This document shows positions 1 to 9,338 of a DNA stretch of 59,467 bases, in pieces (the first letter of the stretch is position 1; every line of letters starts with the position of its first letter). The translations under genes and the position numbers were made by a program. This stretch comes from an uncultured Clostridia bacterium (lineage in GTDB: Bacteria; Bacillota; Clostridia; Oscillospirales; CAG-272), in assembly GCA_947586625.1 (NCBI GenBank), contig CANPXS010000002.1:1-59467 (forward strand), read 5' to 3'. The notes beneath the pieces were generated by a model. That model saw only the letters and a program-made list of their open reading frames with translations, did not search any database and was not told the DNA's origin.

Positions 1-43
1 ACTTGTTCCGCCGACCGCTCGCAAGACACGCATTATGCCATGA

Positions 44-310
44 TGGGGTGTTTACACAAAATTTGGGATAGAACCCACATGCGGCATCGAGCATAAAACG
101 ATCCGTCCGCGAACGCCTTGGCATAACGGAAAAGTTGAAAGAAGCCACCGCAACGACCAAGAACGATTCTACAATTACTTAAAATTCTACTCTTTTAATG
201 ATCTGCAACGACAAATGAAACGCTATCTTTACCGTTCAAACAATATCCCAATGGCAACTCTCGGCTGGAAATCTCCGAACCAAAAGCAGCGCGAACTCGG
301 CGGACGCTGA
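44..310 (+). pseudogene. Truncated DDE (rve / integrase-core type) transposase, C-terminal remnant
   Basis: Frame ending at TGA 308-310 reads ...CGIEHKTIRPRTPWHNGKVERSHRNDQERFYNYL...ATLGWKSPNQKQRELGGR. The NGKVER-x-H region and tail are typical of rve-type IS transposases. In-frame TGA at 41-43, no start codon; the upstream part is lost at the window edge or frameshifted. Confidence 0.55.
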
Positions 311-537
311 CGCGCCGTTTTTGGGATACTTCGTTCTCTCGCTCCTCCGCTTCGCTCCGTCGCTCGCTCTCTCCGTCCCCCAAAAAATTTATTCTCTCTT
401 CCGCTCTTTTTCTATTTTTCTTGGTCTCACATCATTGACAAATAAACAAAATAAATACGCGTACGGATTAAAAATATGCGAAAATGTCGCGGCGCGTCAA
501 AAAATTCCGTTTATTCGCGGATAAATCAAAACGCGTC

Positions 538-566
538 TTGACACGGTGCTTTTTTGGTGGTATACT
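538..566 (+). promoter_or_regulatory. Sigma-A type promoter of the lysine-biosynthesis operon
   Basis: TTGACA (538-543), 17-nt spacer, TATACT (561-566), directly upstream of the L-box. Confidence 0.6.
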
Positions 567-577
567 GTACCTGAACA

Positions 578-745
578 TTATAAAGGCGCGTCTTTGACAA
601 TAGTAGCGTGCGCCTGTGTCCATTCGGCTGTGGATGTGCGCGCGTGAAAGGGTCGGACGCCGAAAGAGCGGGATTGCCGTCCGTTCTTGGGTCGCCGGAC
701 AATATCCGGCGGACTGTCGCCGTGTGGCGGAGCGTTATTTTGTTT
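578..745 (+). promoter_or_regulatory. Lysine riboswitch (L-box) aptamer
   Basis: Conserved L-box blocks in order: AAAGGCGCG, AATAGTAGC, GTGAAAGGG, GACGCCGAAAG, CTTGGG, GGACTGTCGCC. Located in the leader of dapA-dapB-dapF-dapL-lysA. Confidence 0.8.
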
Positions 746-798
746 GCGGGTCACAATATGCGTGTGTGCGCGTATGCGCATGCATGCGCCGCCTTTAT

Positions 799-830
799 GC
801 GCTCGGAGTGGATGTTCGGAGCGCTTTTTT
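799..830 (+). terminator. Intrinsic terminator (expression platform of the lysine riboswitch)
   Basis: Stem gcgctcgga / tcggagcgc (one mismatch), 8-nt loop, then TTTTTT (825-830), about 110 nt before the dapA start. Confidence 0.6.
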
Positions 831-938
831 CTTGCCTCGGCGTTGAGACAGGAGCAGGTTCACGGCTGCGCGCGATATCATTGCGCTATGGCATCATCAA
901 ATGTAATATATTTTCGTAAAATAAAACGGAGGCAGAAC

Positions 939-1835
939 ATGAGCATGAAAAAAACTGTATTCAAGGGAGCGGCGACGGCGCTGATAACGCCGTTTGACAA
1001 GTCCGGCCACATCGACTACGGCAAATTCGCCGAGCTTATCGAGTTCCAAATCGAGGCGGGCATCAACGCACTCGTCGTCGCGGGCACGACGGGCGAGGCG
1101 TCCACGTTCGGCGACGACGAGCACAGGGACGCGATATCGTTCGTCGTCAAGCAGACGGTGGGACGTGTTCCCGTAGTCGCGGGCGCGGGCAGCAACGACA
1201 CCGCTTACGCGATAGGGCTCGTCGAGCACGCATGCGACGCGGGCGCGGACGCGGTGCTGCTCGTCACGCCGTACTACAACAAGACGACGCAGAACGGGCT
1301 CGTCCGCATGTACACCGAGATCGCGGACGCGTCGACGGCGCCCGTCATACTCTACAACGTCCCGTCGCGCACGGGCATGAACATCGAACCTGAGACGTAT
1401 CTTGCGCTGTCGAAACATGAAAACATCGCCGCGATAAAGGAGGCGAACGGCAACATCGGCAAGATAGTCGACACGTTCGCGCTCGTCGGCGGCAGCCTCG
1501 ACGTTTACAGCGGCAACGACGATCAGATCGTGCCGATACTGTCGCTCGGAGGCAAGGGAGTCATATCCGTTCTCTCGAACGTGCTGCCCGCGGAAACAGT
1601 CGAGATATGCGACCGCTTCTTCCGCGGCGACGTTGCGGGCGCGGCGGAGCTTCAGCTGCGGCTCTTGCCGCTCATACACGCGCTGTTCTCAGAGGTCAAC
1701 CCGATACCGGTCAAGGCAGCGATGGCGAGGATGGGATACACGGAAAACGTGCTGCGCTCGCCGCTCTATCCGATGGAGGCGGGGCATGAGGCGCACCTCG
1801 TCGAAGAAATGAGAAAGTGCGGTATAAACGTATGA
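939..1835 (+). CDS. dapA: 4-hydroxy-tetrahydrodipicolinate synthase
   Basis: GGAGG at 928-932, ATG 939. Motifs FKGAATALITPF, AGTTGEASTF, LYNVPSRTG, AAIKEANG fit the DapA/DHDPS family. The ORF-track 5' extension (687-938) overlaps the riboswitch and is rejected. Confidence 0.93.
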   Translation: MSMKKTVFKGAATALITPFDKSGHIDYGKFAELIEFQIEAGINALVVAGTTGEASTFGDDEHRDAISFVVKQTVGRVPVVAGAGSNDTAYAIGLVEHACDAGADAVLLVTPYYNKTTQNGLVRMYTEIADASTAPVILYNVPSRTGMNIEPETYLALSKHENIAAIKEANGNIGKIVDTFALVGGSLDVYSGNDDQIVPILSLGGKGVISVLSNVLPAETVEICDRFFRGDVAGAAELQLRLLPLIHALFSEVNPIPVKAAMARMGYTENVLRSPLYPMEAGHEAHLVEEMRKCGINV

Positions 1836-2590
1836 AGATAATGCTTGTAGGCGCGCTCGGCAGAATGGGGGCGAACGTCATCGCCGCCGCCGTCAACGGC
1901 GGTCACGAGTGCCGCGCGCTCGTCGATATCGGCTATGAAAGCTCGACGACGTGCGCGGACGGAGAGTTCGCGCACATCGAGGACGCCGCGCCGATTGCAA
2001 ATGAAATAGATGTAATTATCGACTTCTCCCACCACTCGTCGGCTAAATCTATCGCGGAATTTGCCGCCGCACACCACATACCCGCCGTTATAGCGACGAC
2101 GGGCCACACGGACGAGGAAAAAACCTATATCGCCGCCGCCGCAAAGTCCGCGCCGATATTCACGTCCGGCAATATGTCGCTCGGCATCGCGTCGCTGCGC
2201 GACGCCGTGAAGCGCGTTCTGTCCGTGTTCCCGGACGCAGACGTTGAGATAGTGGAGACGCATCACAACCGCAAACTGGACGCGCCGAGCGGCACGGCTT
2301 TGATGTTGTTCGACACGGTCAAGGAGTCGCGTCCCGACGCAAAGGCTGTGTTCGGACGCGGTCCCGGATCAGGCAAGCGCGAGAAGAACGACGTCGGGAT
2401 ATCGGCGGTGCGAATGGGCAATATCGTCGGCATACACGAGGTCATAATATCGACGGACACCGAGTCGATAACGCTGCGCCATCAGGCGTATGACCGCGCG
2501 CTTTTCGCCGACGGCGCCATTAAGGCGGCGGAATTTCTCGCCGTGCAGGCGCCGGGACTTTATTCCATGAACGACATCTTCGGAGGCTGA
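1832..2590 (+). CDS. dapB: 4-hydroxy-tetrahydrodipicolinate reductase
   Basis: ATGA overlap with the dapA stop. MKIMLVGALGRMG dinucleotide-binding N-terminus and the DapB signature ETHHNRKLDAPSGTAL. Confidence 0.92.
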   Translation: MKIMLVGALGRMGANVIAAAVNGGHECRALVDIGYESSTTCADGEFAHIEDAAPIANEIDVIIDFSHHSSAKSIAEFAAAHHIPAVIATTGHTDEEKTYIAAAAKSAPIFTSGNMSLGIASLRDAVKRVLSVFPDADVEIVETHHNRKLDAPSGTALMLFDTVKESRPDAKAVFGRGPGSGKREKNDVGISAVRMGNIVGIHEVIISTDTESITLRHQAYDRALFADGAIKAAEFLAVQAPGLYSMNDIFGG

Positions 2591-2593
2591 CGC

Positions 2594-3439
2594 GTGAAGA
2601 TAGAATTTACAAAGATGCACGGCTGCGGCAACGATTATATATATGTCGACTGCACGAAGCGCGAGCTTCCCGACCCGGGCGCGATATCGGCGGCGATGTC
2701 GCCGCGTCACAGCTCGGTCGGCAGCGACGGACTCGTTCTCATATGCTCATCGGACGTCGCCGACTACAAAATGCGCATGTTCAACCTCGACGGCTCCGAG
2801 GGCAGCATGTGCGGCAACGCGATACGCTGCGTCGGCAAGTACGTGTACGACAATAAAATGACAACTAAGACCGAACTCGACATAGAGACGAAAAGCGGCA
2901 TAAAGCACCTCTCGCTCAAGGTCGTGGACGGAAAGGTCACGGAAGTGACCGTCGACATGGGGACGGCGAGCACAGATCCCGCCGCACTTTCTATGAGGTC
3001 GTCGGTTCCGATGATAGACGCGCCGGTAAACATCGGCGGCGTCGAGTACCGCATAACGGCAGTATCGATGGGGAATCCGCACTCGGTCATATTCTGCGAC
3101 GATCCGGACGCGCTCGACCTCGAGCGCACGGGACCGACGTTTGAGAATTTCGAGCTGTTCCCCGACCGCGTGAACACGGAATTCGTCCGCGTCGAGGGCG
3201 ACCAGAGCGTATATATGCGCGTATGGGAGCGCGGCTCGGGCGAGACTTACGCGTGCGGGACCGGCGCGTGCGCCGTCGCCGTCGCGTGCGTGCTCGGCGG
3301 CAAATGCAGAGCCGGCGAGCCGATACGCGTGCGCCTTGTCGGCGGCACGCTTACGATAGTGGTGCGCGAGGATATGAGAGTATTCATGACGGGTCCCGCG
3401 ACAAAGGTATACGAAGGAGTTTACGAGTATGAAGGTTAA
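2594..3439 (+). CDS. dapF: Diaminopimelate epimerase
   Basis: GTG start. MKIEFTKMHGCGNDYIYVD N-terminus, MCGNAIRC and SGETYACGTGACA catalytic-Cys contexts typical of DapF. Confidence 0.93.
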   Translation: MKIEFTKMHGCGNDYIYVDCTKRELPDPGAISAAMSPRHSSVGSDGLVLICSSDVADYKMRMFNLDGSEGSMCGNAIRCVGKYVYDNKMTTKTELDIETKSGIKHLSLKVVDGKVTEVTVDMGTASTDPAALSMRSSVPMIDAPVNIGGVEYRITAVSMGNPHSVIFCDDPDALDLERTGPTFENFELFPDRVNTEFVRVEGDQSVYMRVWERGSGETYACGTGACAVAVACVLGGKCRAGEPIRVRLVGGTLTIVVREDMRVFMTGPATKVYEGVYEYEG

Positions 3440-4607
3440 GATAAACGAAAATTTCCTGCGCGTGAAGGAGAGCTATCTGTTCTCCGACATCGCAAAAAAG
3501 GTAGCGGCTTATAAGGACGCGCACCCCGACGCAGACGTGATACGTCTCGGTATCGGCGACGTCACGCTTCCGCTTACAAAATGCGTGACCGACGCCATGC
3601 GGAGCGCCGTCGACGAGATGGCGGTCAAGGAGACGTTCCGCGGCTACGCGCCCGAATACGGCTACGACTTCGTGCGTCAGGCAGTCTCCGACTATTATGC
3701 GCGGCGCGGCGTTTCTATGTCGGCGGATGAGATATACGTCGGCGACGGCGCGAAAAGCGACCTCGGCAATCTGACCGATATATTCGGCGACAATCCGATA
3801 CTGATACCCGACCCCGTCTATCCCGTCTACGTCGACAGCAACGTCATGTGCGGACGCGAGGTCACGCTCATCGAGTCTAACGAAGAGAACGGATTTCTGC
3901 CCTCGCCGCCGACGGAAAAGCGCGCATACGTCATATACATATGCTCGCCGAACAACCCGACGGGAGCCGTCTACGACAGAGCGGGGCTGTCAGCATGGGT
4001 CGACTACGCGAACGAGACGGGCTCCGTGATACTGTTCGATTCCGCATACGAGGGCTACATCTCGAGCGACTATCCGCGCTCCATATACGAGATCGAGGGC
4101 GCGCGGACGTGCGCAGTAGAGATAAATTCGCTCTCGAAGCGCGCGGGATTCACAGGCACGCGCTGCGGCTGGACGATGATACCGAACGAGCTCGAAGCGG
4201 ACGGCGTAAAGCTCGGCAAACTGTGGGCGCGCCGTCAGGCAACGAAGTTCAACGGCGTGCCGTACGTGGTGCAGAGAGGCGCGGAGGCGGCTCTGTCAGA
4301 GCAGGGCGAGGTCGAATGCCGCGAGCTTATCGCGTACTACATGAAAAACGCCGCCATAATGGCGGAAGCGCTCGAGAGTAAGGGCGTATGGTTCACGGGC
4401 GGCAAAAATTCGCCATATATCTGGATGAGATGCCCGCACGGCATGGGCTCGTGGGAATTCTTCGACTTCTTACTCGATCGCGCGCAGGTAGTGGGCACGC
4501 CGGGAGCAGGATTCGGCAGCGCGGGAGAGGGCTATTTTCGTCTCACCGCGTTCGGCGACAGAGAACGCACGATAGAGGCGACTAAACGGATAGGAGCGAT
4601 ACTGTGA
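3429..4607 (+). CDS. dapL: LL-diaminopimelate aminotransferase
   Basis: 392 aa. NENFLRVKESYLFSDIAKKV...IRLGIGDVTLPL N-terminus characteristic of DapL. Class I/II aminotransferase core (SPNNPTG, SLSKRAGFTGTRCGW). Overlaps dapF and lysA. Confidence 0.88.
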   Translation: MKVKINENFLRVKESYLFSDIAKKVAAYKDAHPDADVIRLGIGDVTLPLTKCVTDAMRSAVDEMAVKETFRGYAPEYGYDFVRQAVSDYYARRGVSMSADEIYVGDGAKSDLGNLTDIFGDNPILIPDPVYPVYVDSNVMCGREVTLIESNEENGFLPSPPTEKRAYVIYICSPNNPTGAVYDRAGLSAWVDYANETGSVILFDSAYEGYISSDYPRSIYEIEGARTCAVEINSLSKRAGFTGTRCGWTMIPNELEADGVKLGKLWARRQATKFNGVPYVVQRGAEAALSEQGEVECRELIAYYMKNAAIMAEALESKGVWFTGGKNSPYIWMRCPHGMGSWEFFDFLLDRAQVVGTPGAGFGSAGEGYFRLTAFGDRERTIEATKRIGAIL

Positions 4608-5929
4608 GCGCTGTACTTGAAAAGGAAAAAATGCTCCACGACGACCTCGGAGTAAACGAAAGCGGACATCTTACGATAGCGGGAGTCGACACGGTCGAGC
4701 TTGCAAAGCAGTACGGAACGCCGCTCATGGTGATGGACGAGGCGCGCATACGCCGCAACATGCGCGTCTACCGCTCGGCGATGGAGAAGTCGTTCGGCGC
4801 GGGTTCATATCCGCTCTACGCGAGCAAGGCGTTCTCGTGCAAGTACATATACCGCATAGCGACGGAGGAGGGAATGGGCGTCGACCTCGTGTCGTCGGGC
4901 GAGCTCTGCACCGCGGTCTCGGCAGGATTTGACGTGTCGAACGCGTTCCTCCACGGCAACAACAAGACCGACTCCGACATCGAATACGCTATCGAGTGCG
5001 GCGTCGGTCACATCGTCGTCGACAACATGGTCGAGCTCGACAGGATAGACGAGATCGCGCGCTCGCGCGGCATCGTGCAGCCGATACTCTTGCGGCTGAC
5101 GCCCGGCATCGACCCGCACACGCACGCGGCGATAACGACGGGCAAGGTCGACAGCAAATTCGGCATCGCCATCGAGACGGGGCAGGCGGACGGCGCCGTC
5201 GCATATACGCTCGGTAAGCGAAACGTGCGTCTCGACGGGTTCCACTGCCACATCGGCTCGCAGATATTCGACGTGACGCCGTTCTGCGACGCGGCGCGGC
5301 TGATGATAAAGTACATAGTCCATGCGCGCGACACGTTCGGATACGAGGCGGATATACTCAATCTCGGCGGCGGCTTCGGCGTGCGCTATATTGAGTCGCA
5401 GCCCGAACTCGACTACGCCGATTTTATCGAGCGCATCGCATCGTTTATCCGCGCGGAGGTAAAGAAAAGCGGCGTCAAAATGCCGCGCATACTTATGGAG
5501 CCGGGACGCAGCATAGTCGCCGACTCGTGCCTGACGCTGTATACCGTCGGCGGCACGAAGGTCATACCGGGCTTTAAGAGCTACGTCTCAATCGACGGCG
5601 GCATGCCGGATAATCCGCGCTACGCGCTCTATCAGTCCGATTACACGGTGAAGCTGGCGTCGCGTATGCGCGACGTCGACGATTTCGTAGGCACCGTTGC
5701 GGGAAGATGCTGCGAGAGCGGAGATTTGATACAGGAAAACGTACCGCTGCCTACACCGCGGCGCGGCGACATACTCGCCGTGCTCGTGACCGGCGCGTAC
5801 AACTACTCGATGGCGAGCAACTACAACCGCATACCGCGTCCCGCCGTCGTCGCCGTTAAGGAAAACGGCGAGGTCACGCAAGTTATACGCCGTGAGACTT
5901 ACGACGATCTTGTAAGACTCGACATGTAA
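4604..5929 (+). CDS. lysA: Diaminopimelate decarboxylase
   Basis: 441 aa. YASKAFSC, HCHIGSQI, GGGFGV and CESGD motifs of PLP-dependent DAP decarboxylase. Last gene of the operon. Confidence 0.93.
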   Translation: MSAVLEKEKMLHDDLGVNESGHLTIAGVDTVELAKQYGTPLMVMDEARIRRNMRVYRSAMEKSFGAGSYPLYASKAFSCKYIYRIATEEGMGVDLVSSGELCTAVSAGFDVSNAFLHGNNKTDSDIEYAIECGVGHIVVDNMVELDRIDEIARSRGIVQPILLRLTPGIDPHTHAAITTGKVDSKFGIAIETGQADGAVAYTLGKRNVRLDGFHCHIGSQIFDVTPFCDAARLMIKYIVHARDTFGYEADILNLGGGFGVRYIESQPELDYADFIERIASFIRAEVKKSGVKMPRILMEPGRSIVADSCLTLYTVGGTKVIPGFKSYVSIDGGMPDNPRYALYQSDYTVKLASRMRDVDDFVGTVAGRCCESGDLIQENVPLPTPRRGDILAVLVTGAYNYSMASNYNRIPRPAVVAVKENGEVTQVIRRETYDDLVRLDM

Positions 5930-5951
5930 AACGACAATACATACAAAGTAT

Positions 5952-5985
5952 AAATCGGCGCTTCCCTGCGGAAGCGCCGATTTTC
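5952..5985. terminator. Bidirectional intrinsic terminator between lysA and darA
   Basis: Perfect 12-bp stem atcggcgcttcc / ggaagcgccgat with loop ctgc. It is flanked by AAA upstream and TTTT downstream. Confidence 0.75.
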
Positions 5986-6008
5986 GCATCATATCATGAC
6001 GCGCGCTT

Positions 6009-6335
6009 TTATATCTTCATTGTGTCCTCGACGTTGAGCACGAACACGGTCGCACCGCCCACCGACACCTCCGTCGGCAGACTTGCCTGACGCAGACCGC
6101 GCCCGAGAGAATCCGTCGGAGACGGCGCCTGCTTTCTCGTCGTGCAGTACTTCTTTAAGATCTTTTTGACCTCGTCCACTTTCCCGTCCTCGGTCCCGAT
6201 AAGCAGCGTCGTATTGCCCACCATCAGAAAACCGCCCGTCGTCGACAGCTTCGTCACGAAAAAGCCGTGCTCGGTCAGAGCCGCAGACGCCCTCGCACTG
6301 TCGTCATTGTTCACGATCGCAAGTAATAGTTTCAT
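6009..6335 (-). CDS. darA: PII-like cyclic-di-AMP receptor (YaaQ/DarA family)
   Basis: 108 aa. MKLLLAIVNNDDS...FFVTKLSTTGGFLMVGNTTLLIG...VGGATVFVL closely parallels the B. subtilis YaaQ/DarA sequence pattern. Confidence 0.85.
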   Translation of the reverse strand: MKLLLAIVNNDDSARASAALTEHGFFVTKLSTTGGFLMVGNTTLLIGTEDGKVDEVKKILKKYCTTRKQAPSPTDSLGRGLRQASLPTEVSVGGATVFVLNVEDTMKI

Positions 6336-6361
6336 TTCTTTATCCCCGTTCCGGCGTATTA

Positions 6362-6934
6362 TTATAGGTAATCGTTCAGGTATGACATGCTCTTTCTGTC
6401 GAGCTTTCTAATGTCGGGTATCTCATAGCGGTTGTCGTCGTTGTCGAGGAACATCACGCGTATGCCGTACATCAGCTTTATCTGATGCACTATGTTTCGC
6501 ACCTCTATCGTGCAGTCGCCGCGGTCCGTCTCGCAGAAGAATTTTATGACGCCGAACTTTTCAAGACTGCCCGTTATCTTCGTTATGTGCGGGACGTGAT
6601 AGTATTCGTCAAGACACATCTCGATAACGCGTCTCTCCTCCGCCGGCAGCGATGCGAGATTTCTTATAACAGCGACCTCGTTTCCGTCGTCGTCGAGCAG
6701 CGTGATGTACCGTTCGAGTCCCGTGCGCGGGAACAGTCTGCGCGGCTCCAAATGCTCGAACCGCCTGCCGTCGAACAGATTCACGTCGACGTTCGTTATA
6801 TCTACGCGCTCGAAATGCGCTTCGTCGCCGTCGATGTAGATGCGCTCGCGCGCTATCTCCTCCTCGATGGGAGGCGACACAGGTTCCGTCTCGTTTGTGG
6901 CCATCGTTTCGGTCTTATCGCTCATAGCCGTCAC
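6362..6934 (-). CDS. DUF1854 domain protein (partner of the upstream ABC exporter)
   Basis: 190 aa, 4-nt overlap with the ABC gene. Sequence pattern (FEHLEPRRLFP...ITLLDDDGNEVAVI...LDEYYHVPHITKI...IPDIRKLD) matches my recollection of DUF1854. Assignment not verified by search. Confidence 0.65.
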   Translation of the reverse strand: MTAMSDKTETMATNETEPVSPPIEEEIARERIYIDGDEAHFERVDITNVDVNLFDGRRFEHLEPRRLFPRTGLERYITLLDDDGNEVAVIRNLASLPAEERRVIEMCLDEYYHVPHITKITGSLEKFGVIKFFCETDRGDCTIEVRNIVHQIKLMYGIRVMFLDNDDNRYEIPDIRKLDRKSMSYLNDYL

Positions 6935-9204
6935 TCAAACCTTTCTTCCGCCTTGCTCGCCGCGACCTTGTCCGACATCGTCTGTATCTCGACGAGACGC
7001 CAGTACTTGCCCTTCTTGGCGAGCAGCTCCTCCGGCGTGCCCATCTCGAGTATCTCGCCCTTGTCGACGACGATTATCTTGTTCGCGCGGCGGAGCGTCG
7101 ACAGTCTGTGCGCTATCATTATCGTCGTGCGCCCCGATATGAGACGCTCGATAGCGGTCTGTATCAGATTCTCCGTCTCACTGTCGACGGACGCCGTAGC
7201 CTCGTCGAAGAACAGCACGCTCGGATTTTTCAGCACCGCTCTCGCGATAGACAAGCGCTGACGCTCACCGCCCGAAAGACCCGTGCCGCGCTCGCCGAGC
7301 ACCGTGTCGTACGCGTCCGGCATCCTCGCCACGAACTGATGCGCGTTGGCGACGTCGGCGGCGTGCATGACCTCCTCGACGCTCGCGTTCGGCGTACCGT
7401 ACGATATGTTGTTGAATATCGTGTCGTGGAACATCATCGGCTCCTGCTGGACGTATCCTATCTGCGAGCGGTAATATTCCATATCTATCTGCCTTATGTC
7501 GACGCCGTCCATGAGGATCTCGCCGTCATAGCCGTCGTAGAAGCGCATGAGCAGATTTATCAGCGTCGACTTGCCCGAACCCGTCGTACCGACGATACCG
7601 ACGACGTCGCCGGGCTCTATCGTGAACGTCACGTTCGACAGCGCCTTCTTCGAGCGGTCGAACGAGAAGCTGACGTTCTTAAACTCTATCTTGCCGTCCA
7701 TATGCTCGAGCGTCTTGCCCTCGCCCGCGTTGTTCTCGGGCTCGGCGTCGATAATGTCGAGTATTCGCTCGGCGGCAGCAAGCGTGCTCTGATACGAATC
7801 GTTGAAATTCGCAAAGAAGTTGACGGGACCGTAGAACATCGACGTGTACGAAATGAACGCGACGAGGTCGCCGGCGGTAATGAAGTCGGGACTTTCAATT
7901 ACGAGTCTGCCGCCGACCGCCCATATCAGAAGCGAACCCATCGTAATGACGAACGACACTATCTGCGGGAACGCTATCGTTATGCGCGCCGACTTGATGT
8001 CCGTTTTCAGCCATTCCTCATTGTAATGGTCGAAATTCTCCGTCGCTTCCTTCTCGTTCGTGAAGCTCTTGATTATACGTATGCCGGGCAGCGAATCCGT
8101 CAAAATAGACGTTACCGCGCTCCAGCGCCGCCATATCTTGCGGTAATAGGGACGTATCTTGCGCCCGAATATACGCGAACCCATGACGACGAACGGCACC
8201 GGTATAAGCGACAAAAGCGTGAGCTGCCAGTTCATCGACATCATTATCACGACGATGCCGACGAGCGTGAACAACTGCACGACGACCTCCTGCGTCACAC
8301 GGAGCATGAACGCCTGGATAGTCGAGGTGTCGCCGCTTATGCGGTTGATGACCGAACCCGTCGACGTCTTGTCGTAGAACCTCATAGGCAGATACTGCGC
8401 CTGACGGTAAACGTCCGAACGCAAGTCGCGCACTATCCTGTCGCCGCATACGCGCAAGAGATACGAACGTATCATGCCTATCCCGTACTGGAGTATGTAC
8501 GCAAACAGAAGCATTATAACGACCGTGTTAAGTCCCGGCTTGTTGCCGTTCGGCAAAACGTCGTCGACGAGCGTCTTCGTCATGTACGGCGGCAGCATCG
8601 CCGTCGCCGTCGTGACGCCCGACAAAACGAGGCACACGAGCAGCACATACTTGTGCGGCAATACGTACTTCGCCACCTTCTTGACGAGCTTGTGCTTCGA
8701 CTGGCAGTATATGCACTCGGCGCCCGGACGCGACAGCGCGCGCCCGCACTTGGGGCAGTACGACCGCCGCCTCTCAAGCGCCGCCTCCACGACAGCCTGC
8801 GCGTCGTGAAGTCCCGTCTCGCCCTCCGCCATCGTCTCGGCAAACTGAGCCGCCGCGTCGAATATCGACGCCGACGTGTACGTAAAGCGGGAAAAGTTTC
8901 GGCTGCGTCCGTTCGCTTCTTTAATAATAAATACAGCGTTGCCGTAGTTGCGCTTGACATAGCAGCGCTCTATCGACTCATATGGGACGCGCTCACTCTC
9001 GCCCTCCTCGTCGACCGAGTAAAGGGCGGTGTCGGTTGCGGCAAGATAATTCACCGCGTACCGGCTCTTCTTGTTCAGGTCTGTCGACAGCACGAACACG
9101 AACCGCTCCCCGTCGGGGACTGCGGACTCGACGAGCAGAAGCTCACCCTCGTCAAGCTCGCGGTTGTGCATGAAGTCGGCGTTTGTTACGTGCGTTTCTT
9201 CCAT
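6931..9204 (-). CDS. ABC exporter (fused permease + ATPase) with N-terminal PH-like domain and zinc ribbon
   Basis: C-terminal Walker A GTTGSGKSTL, signature LSGGERQRL and FFDEATA, plus a 6-TM exporter core. About 180-aa N-terminal extension containing CPKCGRAL...CIYCQ. Start set at ATG 9204, downstream of the mapped promoter; the ORF-track TTG at 9261 lies upstream of the predicted TSS. Confidence 0.85.
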   Translation of the reverse strand: MEETHVTNADFMHNRELDEGELLLVESAVPDGERFVFVLSTDLNKKSRYAVNYLAATDTALYSVDEEGESERVPYESIERCYVKRNYGNAVFIIKEANGRSRNFSRFTYTSASIFDAAAQFAETMAEGETGLHDAQAVVEAALERRRSYCPKCGRALSRPGAECIYCQSKHKLVKKVAKYVLPHKYVLLVCLVLSGVTTATAMLPPYMTKTLVDDVLPNGNKPGLNTVVIMLLFAYILQYGIGMIRSYLLRVCGDRIVRDLRSDVYRQAQYLPMRFYDKTSTGSVINRISGDTSTIQAFMLRVTQEVVVQLFTLVGIVVIMMSMNWQLTLLSLIPVPFVVMGSRIFGRKIRPYYRKIWRRWSAVTSILTDSLPGIRIIKSFTNEKEATENFDHYNEEWLKTDIKSARITIAFPQIVSFVITMGSLLIWAVGGRLVIESPDFITAGDLVAFISYTSMFYGPVNFFANFNDSYQSTLAAAERILDIIDAEPENNAGEGKTLEHMDGKIEFKNVSFSFDRSKKALSNVTFTIEPGDVVGIVGTTGSGKSTLINLLMRFYDGYDGEILMDGVDIRQIDMEYYRSQIGYVQQEPMMFHDTIFNNISYGTPNASVEEVMHAADVANAHQFVARMPDAYDTVLGERGTGLSGGERQRLSIARAVLKNPSVLFFDEATASVDSETENLIQTAIERLISGRTTIMIAHRLSTLRRANKIIVVDKGEILEMGTPEELLAKKGKYWRLVEIQTMSDKVAASKAEERFE

Positions 9205-9247
9205 AAATAGATAATTCGCTTTCCCGTTTGTATCGGTCTGCCCCCAC

Positions 9248-9276
9248 ATTATACATGGCAAACATTAATGTGTCAA
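9248..9276 (-). promoter_or_regulatory. Consensus sigma-A promoter of the ABC/DUF1854 unit
   Basis: Minus strand reads TTGACA (9276-9271), 17-nt spacer, TATAAT (9253-9248). Confidence 0.65.
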
Positions 9277-9338
9277 CACAAAAAGGGAAATACTTTTCGT
9301 CGCTTTGCACGATTTTTTCTTTTGCATTTGTGATATTC

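Noticed and set aside
687-938. 5' extension of the dapA ORF given in the ORF track
   Set aside because: The extension covers the lysine riboswitch and its terminator and has Cys/Arg-rich nonsense composition. A GGAGG RBS precedes ATG 939.
7108-9210. 700-aa plus-strand ORF
   Set aside because: It is antisense to the ABC exporter, which has clear Walker/signature motifs. The translation is Arg/His/Val-rich low-complexity typical of GC-rich antisense frames, with no RBS.
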